From positions 1,696,001 to 1,760,000 of the forward strand of contig CAVYGN010000002.1 of the NCBI GenBank assembly GCA_963768055.1: DNA of 64,000 bases, written 5' to 3'. The notes under the pieces were generated by a model. It was not told the origin of the DNA and did not search any database. It saw only the letters and a program-made list of their open reading frames with translations. Of the stretch, positions 47,661-58,607 are shown one piece after another (the first letter of the stretch is position 1; each line of letters opens with the position of its first letter). This stretch comes from an uncultured Spirochaetota bacterium (GTDB lineage Bacteria > Spirochaetota > Brevinematia > Brevinematales > JAOACQ01). The position numbers were made by a program, and so were the translations under genes.

Positions 47661-48188
47661 TTGGCAGGATATTATATGAAAAACGGTAAAATAATGGATA
47701 ATGAGGAAATAATCCGGAATATTAAGGAAAACAAGGCGGCGTTTCCTGAAAAAATAGATCCTGGCGAACCCTTTCAAAAATATCTCGTTTTCAGCATCGA
47801 AAGCGGCAAAGTTTCTTTTAAAGCCGAATTGGTCAAAGAGATCGTATTAAACACCTCGGTTTATTTCATACCCTTCTGCCCGCCGTTTATAAGCGGCCTT
47901 ATCAACAGGCATGGGGAACCTTACACCGTTATCGATTTGAATGTGCTGCTTGAAAATCAAAAGCAGGAAACTAATAAATTTATAATTATGAATTTAAAAG
48001 ACGACCATATCGCCTTCAGTATTAAAGATATTCTTGAAATTGCAGATATTCCTCAGAGTGCGATTTTTAAAGCCGATTTACAGAAAAAAGAAAATGAATT
48101 TGTCCAGGGTTTCATTGATTACAATAACGAGAAGGTTTTTATTATCGATCTTGATAAAATTAATGAAAGGCTTGCAAATGAACTCTAA
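47661..48188 (+). CDS. cheW: CheW domain protein
   Basis: YLVF..VKEIV...IPFCPPFISGLINRHGEP.TVIDL. Confidence 0.8.
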   Translation: MAGYYMKNGKIMDNEEIIRNIKENKAAFPEKIDPGEPFQKYLVFSIESGKVSFKAELVKEIVLNTSVYFIPFCPPFISGLINRHGEPYTVIDLNVLLENQKQETNKFIIMNLKDDHIAFSIKDILEIADIPQSAIFKADLQKKENEFVQGFIDYNNEKVFIIDLDKINERLANEL

Positions 48189-48687
48189 TTTAAGTTATGA
48201 GTTCCTGCTTCTTCACTATCCGAACATCGATTTTTTAATAAGCAGCAGTGAAATACAGGAAACCCTGTATATAAGAAATTTCCGGGAGATACAAGGCAAA
48301 AACAAATATTTCGCTGGAATTGCGGAATATAAAAAAGGGAATATCCTTATAGCCGATTTTCAAAACTATTTAAATAAGACATTCAAATTAATCGTTAAAT
48401 CGGATTTTCATGTTGCGATAGTTTATAATGCCGGAAGTTCCGGTTTATTTAAAGATATTGCAGGCGAATTCTCAGGATGGGATGGTAGTAGCATCGGTTT
48501 GATCGTGACAAATAGTTTCGAGCTTAAAGAAATTCCTCTTGGCGAAATTAAATTGATCCCGGAGTCGATAAGGAAGAAAAATTTCGAACATGGAATTCTC
48601 GGGGTTAGATTTTTAGATGATAAAAAAAATCAATACTATCTTGATATGAAGAATACAATTAAAAACTTAATTCAGGGGGTTAATTAG
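48178..48687 (+). CDS. divergent CheW-like protein
   Basis: Position in the operon; YFAGIAEYKKGNILIADF resembles the CheW core; probable start 48178. Confidence 0.55.
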   Translation: MNSNLSYEFLLLHYPNIDFLISSSEIQETLYIRNFREIQGKNKYFAGIAEYKKGNILIADFQNYLNKTFKLIVKSDFHVAIVYNAGSSGLFKDIAGEFSGWDGSSIGLIVTNSFELKEIPLGEIKLIPESIRKKNFEHGILGVRFLDDKKNQYYLDMKNTIKNLIQGVN

Positions 48688-49710
48688 ATGAAATTGCTGA
48701 TCGCTGACGATTCCGCCCTGGTGAGAAACATCCTTAAAGACGTTGTAAAGGAAAGCAAGGACATTATTGTGGCCGGCGAAGCTACAAATGGCAAAGAGGC
48801 TGTAAGAAAAAACATCGAGCTTTCCCCGGATCTGATAATCATGGATATCGATATGCCGATTATGGACGGAATCGAAGCGGCAAGGACTATCATGGAAGAA
48901 AAACCCGTTCCTATACTGATATTTTCAAGAAATGCCGATTCGAACAATTTCATAGCAATGAAATACGGAGTAGTCGATTGCATGCAGAAGCCTGAATTCA
49001 GTTTGTTTAACGACAGCGAATATAATAAAAATTTTATCAATAAACTGCTTGCATTATCAAAAATAAAGGTTAATGCATACAGGGTCGGAGAACCCTATAG
49101 AAATCAAATATCTGTTGACCATGGCCGGCAGTATAATATGATCGTAATGGGCGCATCTACAGGCGGGCCGACAGCCGTCTCAAAGATTTTAAGCGGGCTG
49201 CCTAAAGATCTCCCGGTCGGAATAGTACTCGTGCAGCATATTGAAACGGGTTTCGATAAAGGGTACGCCGAGTGGCTTGCCTCAGAATCCGGATTGAAGA
49301 TTAGATTAGCCTGTGATAACGATATCCCGTCCGCAGGAGAAGTCCTCGTAGCTCCAACAGATAAACACCTGATTTTCAGGAATGGGCTGCTTTTTCTGGA
49401 TGACGGGCAAAAAGTGCTGAATCAAAAACCCAGCGTCGATATTTTGTTCGGCTCGGCGGCGGACAGCTACGGAGATAAATTAATAAGCGTCTTGCTTACC
49501 GGAATGGGAACTGACGGGGCCAATGGAAGTGTAAAAATCAAGGGAAAAGGCGGATATTCGATCATTCAGGACGAAAGCACATCGATGATATTCGGTATGC
49601 CAAGGGCTGCTATTGAAAAAGGAGGGGCTTCAATAATTCTTCCATTGGATCAGATTTCAGGCGTTATCTTAAAGTTGATTAACTTTGACAGGAGAGCCAG
49701 CGCAAGATGA
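48688..49710 (+). CDS. cheB: chemotaxis methylesterase
   Basis: REC domain plus GASTGGP, VQH, PSVD, LTGMG.DGA. Confidence 0.92.
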   Translation: MKLLIADDSALVRNILKDVVKESKDIIVAGEATNGKEAVRKNIELSPDLIIMDIDMPIMDGIEAARTIMEEKPVPILIFSRNADSNNFIAMKYGVVDCMQKPEFSLFNDSEYNKNFINKLLALSKIKVNAYRVGEPYRNQISVDHGRQYNMIVMGASTGGPTAVSKILSGLPKDLPVGIVLVQHIETGFDKGYAEWLASESGLKIRLACDNDIPSAGEVLVAPTDKHLIFRNGLLFLDDGQKVLNQKPSVDILFGSAADSYGDKLISVLLTGMGTDGANGSVKIKGKGGYSIIQDESTSMIFGMPRAAIEKGGASIILPLDQISGVILKLINFDRRASAR

Positions 49711-51101
49711 AAGACAGCAAAACGAAGGATCAGGTTTTAATAAAAATTTTGAACCTGATCGAATTGCGCTTCGGATCGATCTTTCCCGAGGTACATTTCG
49801 ATATTATACAAAAAGCCGTCCGCGACAGGTCCGTATCATTGAATATGGCCCCAGAAGATTATTATTCATTCGCATATTCAAGTACCGAAGAATCGAAACT
49901 ATTATTCAATCTTGTTACCATCAATGAAACATATTTTTTCAGGGAGGAGAAGCATTATTATGCCCTGATACAAAACGTTTTTCCCGTCATAAGCAAAACA
50001 TCCGGTATAATCAATTTATGGTCGGTAACTTGTTCCACAGGAGAGGAGGCCATCTCAATGGCTGTGACGGCGGAAGAATTCTTCGGCGGCACGGATAAGA
50101 AATTTCGGATTTTTGCTACCGATATCAATACTCTTTCTTTGAATGTTTTAAGGAAAGGAGAATATTCAAATAATTCTTTTAGAAATGACGGCTCCTCCTT
50201 CCATGATATATTTCGAAAATACTGCACAAAGACAGGCGATACCTGGAAAGTCGGGAGCGCAATAAATGAAAAAATAGAAATCATCCCGTACAATCTTCTC
50301 CAGGACGATTTTGCCGATATACCTGATTGCAGCGTCCACACGGCTTTTTTCAGAAACACAATGATATATATGAAGAATGAATTGAAACAGAATGTCCTGG
50401 AAAATGTGCTGAAAAAGATCGTTCCCGGGGGTTTTTTGTTTCTTTCATCTGCGGAGATCCCCTCTATTTGTTCAAGCGGGTTGAAAATAATAGAGAATAA
50501 TGGAATCTATTATTTTCAAAAGTTAGAGAACGATAAGACCTATAATTCGCCTCCGGACTACATCGGACCGGAAGTTCTTCCCGATAACGGCCTACTTGAA
50601 TTGGATAAAGTCCTGGAATTATGCGGCCAATTTGTGGAATTCGGCGTTAACGGCGATTCCGGCGCTGAATGCGTCAGATATCAGGAGATCAGCAGCCTGA
50701 TATTAGAAATAATTTTTTTAATAAATAAAAATCAATTGTTAAAAGCAAGGGAATCCCTGGAGAAGCTGGAAAAAAGCTTTTCTTCAAACTACCTGACGCT
50801 GTATCTTTACGGATTGATAGAAATGCATAGCATGAATATGCGCAGGGCTGCAAACAATTTTGAAAAATCCATTTCAATGAACAATTGTTTCTGGCCTGCG
50901 CATTTTTACCTGGCAAGCATATCAAATCGGATAAATCCCGGCAAGGCTTTAATGGAATATAATATCTGCATGGATCTATTAAAACAGAATTCGAAAAGCC
51001 TGAAAAGGCATTACAATTTTTTAATCGAGAATTTTGACGAGATGTATTTTTATAAAATGTGTGAAAAGTGGATCAATAAATTGAAAGGCGTTGGGGTTTA
51101 A
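49707..51101 (+). CDS. cheR: CheR methyltransferase with C-terminal TPR (WspC-like)
   Basis: TINETYFFRE, WS..CSTGEE, ATDI, RN.MIY; C-terminal TPRs. Confidence 0.85.
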   Translation: MKDSKTKDQVLIKILNLIELRFGSIFPEVHFDIIQKAVRDRSVSLNMAPEDYYSFAYSSTEESKLLFNLVTINETYFFREEKHYYALIQNVFPVISKTSGIINLWSVTCSTGEEAISMAVTAEEFFGGTDKKFRIFATDINTLSLNVLRKGEYSNNSFRNDGSSFHDIFRKYCTKTGDTWKVGSAINEKIEIIPYNLLQDDFADIPDCSVHTAFFRNTMIYMKNELKQNVLENVLKKIVPGGFLFLSSAEIPSICSSGLKIIENNGIYYFQKLENDKTYNSPPDYIGPEVLPDNGLLELDKVLELCGQFVEFGVNGDSGAECVRYQEISSLILEIIFLINKNQLLKARESLEKLEKSFSSNYLTLYLYGLIEMHSMNMRRAANNFEKSISMNNCFWPAHFYLASISNRINPGKALMEYNICMDLLKQNSKSLKRHYNFLIENFDEMYFYKMCEKWINKLKGVGV

Positions 51102-51102
51102 A

Positions 51103-53259
51103 ATGGCTATTTCAAAAAGCAAATTCATTAGCAAATATCTTGATGAACTTAAAGAAAATATACAAACCGTCGAGAATGGAATCATCAACCTGAAGAAAAA
51201 TCCGGATGACAGTGAAGAAATCAACAGCGTCCTCAGGGCCCTGCATACGATCAAGGGTTCATCCAGGATGATGGATTTTCCCGAGATGGAAAAAATTTCA
51301 CATGCCCTTGAAAATATCTTAAAGGGATTGAGAGAAAAGCGTTTCAATATTTCGAATTACCTTGTACAGTGGATTTTTATTTCCGGAAGCGCAATGAAAA
51401 TTATAGGCGACCGGATAAGGGAAAAAGAAGAGGACTCCTTTCCTCTTACGGCCAAGTTTGTGGAAATGTGCGATAAAATTTGCGCAAATGAGCCCTATGA
51501 TATCGATTCCTTTAAAAATGAACTTGATTCACTGAAAATCCCTCTCGGGGATTCCGGTCTAAAAGAAAAGGAATATGAAGTCCGGAATTCTTCCTTATTG
51601 AAAGAAAGTTCGATAAGGATAGACGTCGGCCAAATAGATAATATCATCCAGCTCTCTAACACGCTTACCATAAAACAGCTACATATGAGAAAAAACTATG
51701 AAATGATAAATAAGATTGAAGACATGGCGCAGGAGATCGCCGGGAATTCTGTAAAAGGCAAAGAATTTCTCAAAGAAATCAAAAGAATTAAAATTGATTT
51801 CCAGGAATACTCCAGTGAAATTGAGAATAATATCATAGACCTTCAGGATAATATTGTCAATCTAAGGATGCTTCCAATTGAAATAATACTGGGTTCGATG
51901 CCAAAAATGGTGGAAGAGACGGCTATCATGCTTTCAAAAGAAATCGATTTTAAAATCGATAGAATGAATATAAAATTGGATAAAGTCATTCTTGAAAAAA
52001 TAAACGACCCGATCATACACCTGTTAAGAAATTCCATCGATCATGGGATAGAAACGCCTGATGAAAGGGAAAGAAAGGGTAAATCGAGGACGGGTAGGAT
52101 CGAAATAAGCTGCCAGGCCGAGGGAGGCCATATAATCATACAAATCAGGGATGATGGAAGGGGATTCGATTATGACAAAATAAGAATGAAGGCGATCGAG
52201 AACTTTCCTATGAGGGAAGAGGAAATTAAAAAAAGTAAAGACGCTGATTTAATACCTTTTATATTCATGCCGAATTTTTCAACGAAGGATAAGGTTACCG
52301 ATTTATCCGGAAGAGGCATAGGGCTGGATATCGTCAAAATGAATATTGAAAAAGTAAAGGGTAAGATACTTCTCGACAGTGAAAAGGATAAGGGCACCTG
52401 TTTTACACTTGTGCTTCCCCATTCCCTCGCTACAATAGACGGCCTTGTCGTTTTATCCGCCGGGAAAAATTTTATGATACCATCGAACTTTATTAAAGAA
52501 ACTTTTCTTATAAATCCGGAAGAATTAGTAACCATTCATAATAAGGAAATGTATAAACTAAGGGACGCCCTTATTCCAATCTACGAGCTGTCGTCTCTAC
52601 TTCAGCTTCCCATGGAAGAGGAAGAATCTAGCGATTTCGTAGTAGTAATAGGAAGTCTCAGGGACACTATCGGGTTGAAAGTAAATTTAATTACAGGATA
52701 TTATGATTCCCTGGTTTCGAAACCCCTGCCTAAAAACCTTCAGAAATTGAAATATATCCAGGGAATAGTTTTCGATGATAATTACAACATGATATCAATT
52801 CTGTATATAACCGCGTTAATTGAGAAATTTAAACAACTGAAGGATATCGATATAAAAAAAAGGGTCATTGAAAGAAAACATGATATCAAGACTATCATGG
52901 TGCTTGACGATTCTATCAACACCCTTGAAATAGAGAGGTCCATTCTTGAACTGGAAGATTATAAAGTGATAACAGCATTCGATGGGATCGACGGACTTGA
53001 TAAAATAAGGCAGCAGAAAGTGGATCTTATCATATCTGATATAAATATGCCTCGAATGGACGGCTTTACTTTTATTGAAAATATCAAAAAGGACAAAAAT
53101 TACAGAAATATTCCGGTAATAATAATTTCAACCTTTAATAACAACGAATATAAGCAAAAGAGTTCGGCCCTTGGCGTCGATGAATATATCATAAAATCGA
53201 GCTTTAACCAGAACAATCTTATTGGTGCCGTCCAGAAATTAATCGGCAAAGCGAGGTAA
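51103..53259 (+). CDS. cheA: hybrid CheA kinase with C-terminal REC (WspE-like)
   Basis: HTIKGS Hpt, HLLRNSIDHGIE, DDGRG, SGRGIGLD, CheW domain, REC. Confidence 0.9.
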   Translation: MAISKSKFISKYLDELKENIQTVENGIINLKKNPDDSEEINSVLRALHTIKGSSRMMDFPEMEKISHALENILKGLREKRFNISNYLVQWIFISGSAMKIIGDRIREKEEDSFPLTAKFVEMCDKICANEPYDIDSFKNELDSLKIPLGDSGLKEKEYEVRNSSLLKESSIRIDVGQIDNIIQLSNTLTIKQLHMRKNYEMINKIEDMAQEIAGNSVKGKEFLKEIKRIKIDFQEYSSEIENNIIDLQDNIVNLRMLPIEIILGSMPKMVEETAIMLSKEIDFKIDRMNIKLDKVILEKINDPIIHLLRNSIDHGIETPDERERKGKSRTGRIEISCQAEGGHIIIQIRDDGRGFDYDKIRMKAIENFPMREEEIKKSKDADLIPFIFMPNFSTKDKVTDLSGRGIGLDIVKMNIEKVKGKILLDSEKDKGTCFTLVLPHSLATIDGLVVLSAGKNFMIPSNFIKETFLINPEELVTIHNKEMYKLRDALIPIYELSSLLQLPMEEEESSDFVVVIGSLRDTIGLKVNLITGYYDSLVSKPLPKNLQKLKYIQGIVFDDNYNMISILYITALIEKFKQLKDIDIKKRVIERKHDIKTIMVLDDSINTLEIERSILELEDYKVITAFDGIDGLDKIRQQKVDLIISDINMPRMDGFTFIENIKKDKNYRNIPVIIISTFNNNEYKQKSSALGVDEYIIKSSFNQNNLIGAVQKLIGKAR

Positions 53260-53263
53260 TTCT

Positions 53264-55120
53264 TTGATGGATAAAAAAATTCTGTTAATCGACGATTCGG
53301 ATCTTGTTGCCGGCATAGTAACCGAAGCCCTTATTGGCGCAGGATTTACAGTTATCAGGGCTGGGAACGGAGTGGAGGGTATTATAAAAGCGTATAATGA
53401 GATTCCAGATTTGATCATAACCGATGTTGAGATGCCTCTCCTGAAGGGTTATCAGTCGAGCCGCCTGTTGAAAAGCAAGAGAGGCGTGAAGGATATCCCT
53501 ATCATTATGCATACGTCCCTCTCCGAGGACAAGGATCAGTTCTGGGGCATTTTAGCAGGGGCTGACGATTACGTTGTCAAGGATTTTGATGATCTTGACA
53601 ATTTAATAGCGAAATCGCGAAAGCTTTGCGAACACCCTCCATACAGGACAGAATTGATAATGGAAGATGCGCCGAAAATAAATCTGAACACCATATTCGA
53701 GATGCTCTCCAACCATCTGGATAATCAGCTTTTCCAGGCCAGTATCCTGAACCGGCTTGCGGATATAGGCAGGAATATTGAATCTGTCTCCGAAACAGTT
53801 CATAAGACGATGGAGCTTTTGAACAAGGTCTGCGAACACCACATAATTGTTATTATCCTTATGAAAGAAGGATCGTTTAAACCTTATATCATGCCTTCGA
53901 GAGAACTTTTTGAAAACGATGTTGAAGATTTTTACAAGATATGCCTTGGAGATATTTATAATATTTTTGATAAAATGAAGTTAAATGAAGAAAAAAAGAC
54001 AATTTTCGATATAGCGGACAGGAATGATTACAACAAGATACGCATGGATCAGAATAAAATAAGCTCATATAGCTGCCTTGAAATAACCGGAAAAGGTAAA
54101 ACAAAGATCGGAACCCTTCATATCGGCCATTTTAAAAATAATTATTTTTCCGAAACCATACTTTCAAACCTGTCGGTTTTTGTCAACGGAGCAGGCATTA
54201 TCCTTGAAAATGCATTATTATTCCAGAGGATATCGTACATGGAAAAGAACATAAGGAGCGTTTTCTCGAAATTCGTACCTGGAGATATTATTGACGACTT
54301 GGTTAATAGAAAATCGACCTCGGCCATGCTGATGGGCGAAAAAAGGGACGTTGCTGTTTTATTTTCCGATATCCGTTCCTTTACGACAATTTCCGAAAAT
54401 AATAAACCCGAAGATGTGGTAGCTTTTTTAAACATCTACCTGGAAATCATGTGCGGTATTATCATAAAGAACGGCGGCACTATCGATAAGTTTATAGGCG
54501 ACGCGATACTGGCGGTTTTCGGCGCGCCAAAAAGTTATGAAGATAATTATTACAGGGCTGTAAAATCGGCGTCAGAAATGATCCAGGCGATCAAAAAAAT
54601 TTCCCTTCCAAAAATAAAGCTTCCCGGGGAAGGTTTCAGAATCGGCATCGGAATACATGGAGGAGATGCGATTGTAGGAAATATCGGATCAAGGGACAAA
54701 TTCGACTATACGGTAATAGGAGATACTGTAAATCTCGCTTCCAGGCTTGAAGGATTAACGAAGTATTATAAGCAGGAGATAATCGTATCCGACGCCATCA
54801 GGGAAAAAATAAAGGACCTTGTATTTACAAGGGAAGTAGATACAGTGAAAGTAAAGGGAAAAGATGTTCCGACTGTTATTTACGCGGTTATAACGAAGGA
54901 AAACTCCGGCATAAATGAAGACAATCTCAAGGATTATTATAAGGGCCTGTCTATGTATAAAATCAGGAACTGGAAAACCGCAATCGATTATTTCAAAGAA
55001 ACCCGGGTAAAAATTCCCGGCGATTATGTGTCGGACATCTATATCAAAAGATGCGAAGAGTTTATCAAAAACCCTCCCGAAGACAACTGGGACGGAGTGG
55101 AAAGACGGGAGTTTAAATAA
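53264..55120 (+). CDS. REC-GAF-like-adenylate cyclase (class III)
   Basis: REC; LFSDIRSFT, IDKFIGDA, DYTVIGDTVNLASRLE (Lys/Asp ATP-specifying pair), VKGK. Confidence 0.88.
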   Translation: MMDKKILLIDDSDLVAGIVTEALIGAGFTVIRAGNGVEGIIKAYNEIPDLIITDVEMPLLKGYQSSRLLKSKRGVKDIPIIMHTSLSEDKDQFWGILAGADDYVVKDFDDLDNLIAKSRKLCEHPPYRTELIMEDAPKINLNTIFEMLSNHLDNQLFQASILNRLADIGRNIESVSETVHKTMELLNKVCEHHIIVIILMKEGSFKPYIMPSRELFENDVEDFYKICLGDIYNIFDKMKLNEEKKTIFDIADRNDYNKIRMDQNKISSYSCLEITGKGKTKIGTLHIGHFKNNYFSETILSNLSVFVNGAGIILENALLFQRISYMEKNIRSVFSKFVPGDIIDDLVNRKSTSAMLMGEKRDVAVLFSDIRSFTTISENNKPEDVVAFLNIYLEIMCGIIIKNGGTIDKFIGDAILAVFGAPKSYEDNYYRAVKSASEMIQAIKKISLPKIKLPGEGFRIGIGIHGGDAIVGNIGSRDKFDYTVIGDTVNLASRLEGLTKYYKQEIIVSDAIREKIKDLVFTREVDTVKVKGKDVPTVIYAVITKENSGINEDNLKDYYKGLSMYKIRNWKTAIDYFKETRVKIPGDYVSDIYIKRCEEFIKNPPEDNWDGVERREFK

Positions 55121-55166
55121 TGCCGCATGACGGTAAAGGCAACGAAATTTGGCGATTCCCTTCGTA

Positions 55167-55736
55167 TTATTTCTGCTTATATACGACCAGTTCGGCGGTA
55201 CCGTCCGGATGGACTACAAGCGTATCCGCGCCCTGTATTACGTCTTTATAATCCACCTCGGACAAATCCTCACCCGGTTTGGTATTATCATATTTGTAAT
55301 AAGTGCAGCCTTCAAGTTCCCCGCTGTCAAGTTTTTTAGCGTTAGGCGCATCCATAACAACCCTGGCCTGCCACACCCCTATTGAAACATTATGCTGCAG
55401 GAAATAAACCGTATTAGCTTTAAAATGCACTTTTACGGCTTCTCCGTTTTCGGCCCATGAAATCACGTACTTCGTGCCCGGTTCAATATCTGTTTTCGCG
55501 AAATAACTTTTTCCTTTTGTCACCCCGATCAGTTTCCTGTCAAGATAAGTTTTGAATTCAACTAAAGATCCGAAAGAGGTTGTCCTTGTAATAACGAGAG
55601 CCGCCTTTCCGGGCTTAGGCATAATACTGGATGCTCTGGGCGACTTATCCATCTTGATCATGTATGAAGGACCGCCGCAAGAAAAAAAAGCCGGCACCGA
55701 AAATAATAATACAGGCAAAATTAAAATCCTGTTCAT
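55167..55736 (-). CDS. lipoprotein (DUF2846-like)
   Basis: FFSC lipobox; GKAALVI.R...YLD.K.IG....KSYF...I.PG. Confidence 0.6.
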   Translation of the reverse strand: MNRILILPVLLFSVPAFFSCGGPSYMIKMDKSPRASSIMPKPGKAALVITRTTSFGSLVEFKTYLDRKLIGVTKGKSYFAKTDIEPGTKYVISWAENGEAVKVHFKANTVYFLQHNVSIGVWQARVVMDAPNAKKLDSGELEGCTYYKYDNTKPGEDLSEVDYKDVIQGADTLVVHPDGTAELVVYKQK

Positions 55737-56052
55737 AACATCCCCCTTAAAAAATTAATGACAGATAATTTTAAACTTTGCATTATATTATGCAAGTTTT
55801 TAATATTTATTCGTTTATCTCAGAAGACGAGATTGTGAAGAGAGATACAATGAATTGATAAAATCGTACGATCTGAATATTACATTACAGGAAAGGCTGA
55901 GCGAGCCCGATCCGGACAACCTGCTTTCCAGATAACTGCCGGAAAGCAGGGGGGGCGGATCAGTGCATTCGGGCGACTTAATAAACCATAATTTGCCTTT
56001 AGAAAAAAAGGTAATTAGATTTAATTTCATTGTTAAAAGGAGGGACGTCTTT

Positions 56053-56961
56053 ATGAACGGAATAAGAAGGGTTGCCAGGATCATGAAAAGGAAACCAACG
56101 ATAGAGGGAGCAGGAGTCTATCTAAACAGAGTTTTCGGTTATTATGAGACTTCGCTGGTAGATCCGTTTCTTCTCCTCGATGATTTCAGGTCGAATGATC
56201 CGAATGATTTCCTGGCGGGTTTCCCATGGCATCCGCACCGGGGCATCGAAACAATAACGTACATGCTCCAAGGCAGCGTGGAGCATGGCGACAGCCTGGA
56301 CAACAGGGGCGTTATAAGCCCGGGCGATGTCCAGTGGATGACTGCTGGCAGCGGGATAATCCACCAGGAAATGCCCAAGGGAGACAAGGACGGATTCATG
56401 GGCGGTTTCCAGCTCTGGGCTAATCTTCCGGCGGGGAAGAAAATGACCGATCCGAAATACCGTGACGTTAAGGCCGGGATGATCCCGGCCGTGAAAACAG
56501 GCCAGGGCGCCCTTATAAGGGTGATATGCGGATCTGTTGACAACGTAAGCGGTCCGGTAACCGACATATCGATAGAACCGGAATATCTCGATGTCACCGT
56601 CCCTGCGGATACGGTTTTCAAACATGGCACGAGGGATAATCATACTGTTATTGCCTATGTCATCGAAGGAAACGCCTGTTTCGACGACAGGTACCAGGAA
56701 GAACATAAGATCGACAGTCCGAGATACTTCGATTTCGAGAAAAAGAACAGGGTGGACAACGGGCACCTGGTAGTATTCGACAAGGGCGATGAGATAAATA
56801 TCAAAACATATGATAACCCTGTAAGGTTCCTGCTCATTTCGGGAAAGCCTCTCAAAGAGCCGATCGCCTGGTATGGCCCGATCGTGATGAATACTGAGGA
56901 GGAACTTAATTTAGCTTTTGATGAATACAGGAAAGGCACGTTCATAAAAAAACGGAGTTGA
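56053..56961 (+). CDS. pirin family protein
   Basis: DPFLLLD, GFPWHPHRGIETITY, WMTAGSGIIHQE, QLWANLP, YGPIVMN. Confidence 0.92.
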   Translation: MNGIRRVARIMKRKPTIEGAGVYLNRVFGYYETSLVDPFLLLDDFRSNDPNDFLAGFPWHPHRGIETITYMLQGSVEHGDSLDNRGVISPGDVQWMTAGSGIIHQEMPKGDKDGFMGGFQLWANLPAGKKMTDPKYRDVKAGMIPAVKTGQGALIRVICGSVDNVSGPVTDISIEPEYLDVTVPADTVFKHGTRDNHTVIAYVIEGNACFDDRYQEEHKIDSPRYFDFEKKNRVDNGHLVVFDKGDEINIKTYDNPVRFLLISGKPLKEPIAWYGPIVMNTEEELNLAFDEYRKGTFIKKRS

Positions 56962-57086
56962 AAATCCTTAAGGTATTTTAAAAAATATTTGTGAAATGCT
57001 AAGGAATCACCGAAACGGCCCGAAACAATATCATCGTTAATCTAATATCATATGAGACAAGGTTCGAATCCATCGATTGATGCATA

Positions 57087-58607
57087 TCAATTATTTGTCC
57101 CGCTCTGCTGTTTTTTCAGCTCATCGAGGGATTTTTTATAAAAATCCTCCACAGCCCAATTCGCCTGGTAATCCGGGTAATCGGTAAGAAAGGCCTCGCA
57201 TTTCTCTTCAAGGGATTTATAATCCTTTAATTGATTTAAAGCTAAAAGCTCTTCATAAAGGATATTCGGAAGGAATTTGTCTCTTATGAATTCAACGCGT
57301 GATTTCTCCGATATCCGGATGATCTCCTTTAGAATGACAGAATTTTTCTCTTCTATGGATCTTTCATCCTGTTCCTTATTCCGGTCTATTAAATTTTCTT
57401 CCTGATCCAGGATTTTCTCCTCTTCCTCATGCTTTTTCTGCAGTTCATCCCCTTCTTTTCTCAATTGATCTATCTGTATATTTCTCCATTCCCCCAGTTC
57501 AACCTTTTTTTTCTTCTTCAAATCGTTATCAGCCGCCGTATCAATCTCATCCGCTTTTTCTCTGTATTCCTTTTCAAAAGCCCTTTCTTTTTCCTTCTGT
57601 TTATTGTTTTCTTCGTGTTGCCGTTTTTCAATACCGTCTTTCTTTTTATTAAAGTCACTTTCCGTCTCATCCCATTTTTCGGAAATAAAGGTTTCTTTTT
57701 TATCAGAAATCTCCATTAGCGTGTTCTGTATTTCCAGAGTGCAGAGGGATGGCGTTGAATAACTGATGTAGATTTCATTCTCCCTGTTGAAAGCATCCCT
57801 CTCCTCCGGCGTCATTTTTGCCCAGCTGTCGTTCGTTATCATTTCCAGGTAATTTTTGTAGGATTTGATATCGAGGGCCTTTTTTAATTTGGCCAGCTTT
57901 TCGTAAAGCTGGTTTACTTCCCTCTGGTATCGGCGCATTTTAAAATCCTTGAGGAATTCATAGGCCTTTTCCAATCCCTTCTGAGGCCGGTCATAAAGAG
58001 GGTCGATTTTAGCCGACTGGTTAAAATTCGAGAGCGCGTTCTGGAAATCGCCCTCGTCGAGGAAATCTACGCCCTCGTAATAATATTTCATCGCATCAAG
58101 CGGAGCGCTCCCGGTTTGCGTCTGCAGAGGTGCGGCAAGGACAAGTTGAGAAAAGATGTTTGTCGCCAGGTCTTCCGTGATTTCCAGAATGGATGTGATT
58201 TTACCCGAATTCTTTATTCCCGTTATCCTTCCGGTCTGCGTGTCAATGATTTTCGCATCTATCCTGACCGTATCGTTTTGAATGATGAAACTCCCTGTTA
58301 TAAGGTTGTCTGCATTCAAGAGTTCCCCTACTTTAATGGCGTTCTTATCATTAACCAGCCCGGCCAGGGCAAGCTTCTGCTCGGATAGCACTTTGTTAAG
58401 CTGTTCCCTTTCCACAACGATCACGGAACCGGACTGAGCCACATCCGTCGTCAACATATCGGCAAGGCCTTTACAGAGCCATTTATAATCTTTATTATTT
58501 GCCGTGTTATCGAAATATAATACCGATATGACCTTCTTATCCCTGGAAAATGCGAAAAAAGGCAGGCTGCAAAGAAGAACGGTAATGATAAAATATTTTA
58601 TTTTCAC
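57087..58607 (-). CDS. secreted CsgG/FlgO-like domain protein with TPR and charged coiled coil
   Basis: Signal peptide; ISVLYFDN..GLADML.TD...VVEREQL..VL.EQ.L...G; TPR; K/E-rich stretch. Confidence 0.65.
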   Translation of the reverse strand: MKIKYFIITVLLCSLPFFAFSRDKKVISVLYFDNTANNKDYKWLCKGLADMLTTDVAQSGSVIVVEREQLNKVLSEQKLALAGLVNDKNAIKVGELLNADNLITGSFIIQNDTVRIDAKIIDTQTGRITGIKNSGKITSILEITEDLATNIFSQLVLAAPLQTQTGSAPLDAMKYYYEGVDFLDEGDFQNALSNFNQSAKIDPLYDRPQKGLEKAYEFLKDFKMRRYQREVNQLYEKLAKLKKALDIKSYKNYLEMITNDSWAKMTPEERDAFNRENEIYISYSTPSLCTLEIQNTLMEISDKKETFISEKWDETESDFNKKKDGIEKRQHEENNKQKEKERAFEKEYREKADEIDTAADNDLKKKKKVELGEWRNIQIDQLRKEGDELQKKHEEEEKILDQEENLIDRNKEQDERSIEEKNSVILKEIIRISEKSRVEFIRDKFLPNILYEELLALNQLKDYKSLEEKCEAFLTDYPDYQANWAVEDFYKKSLDELKKQQSGTNN

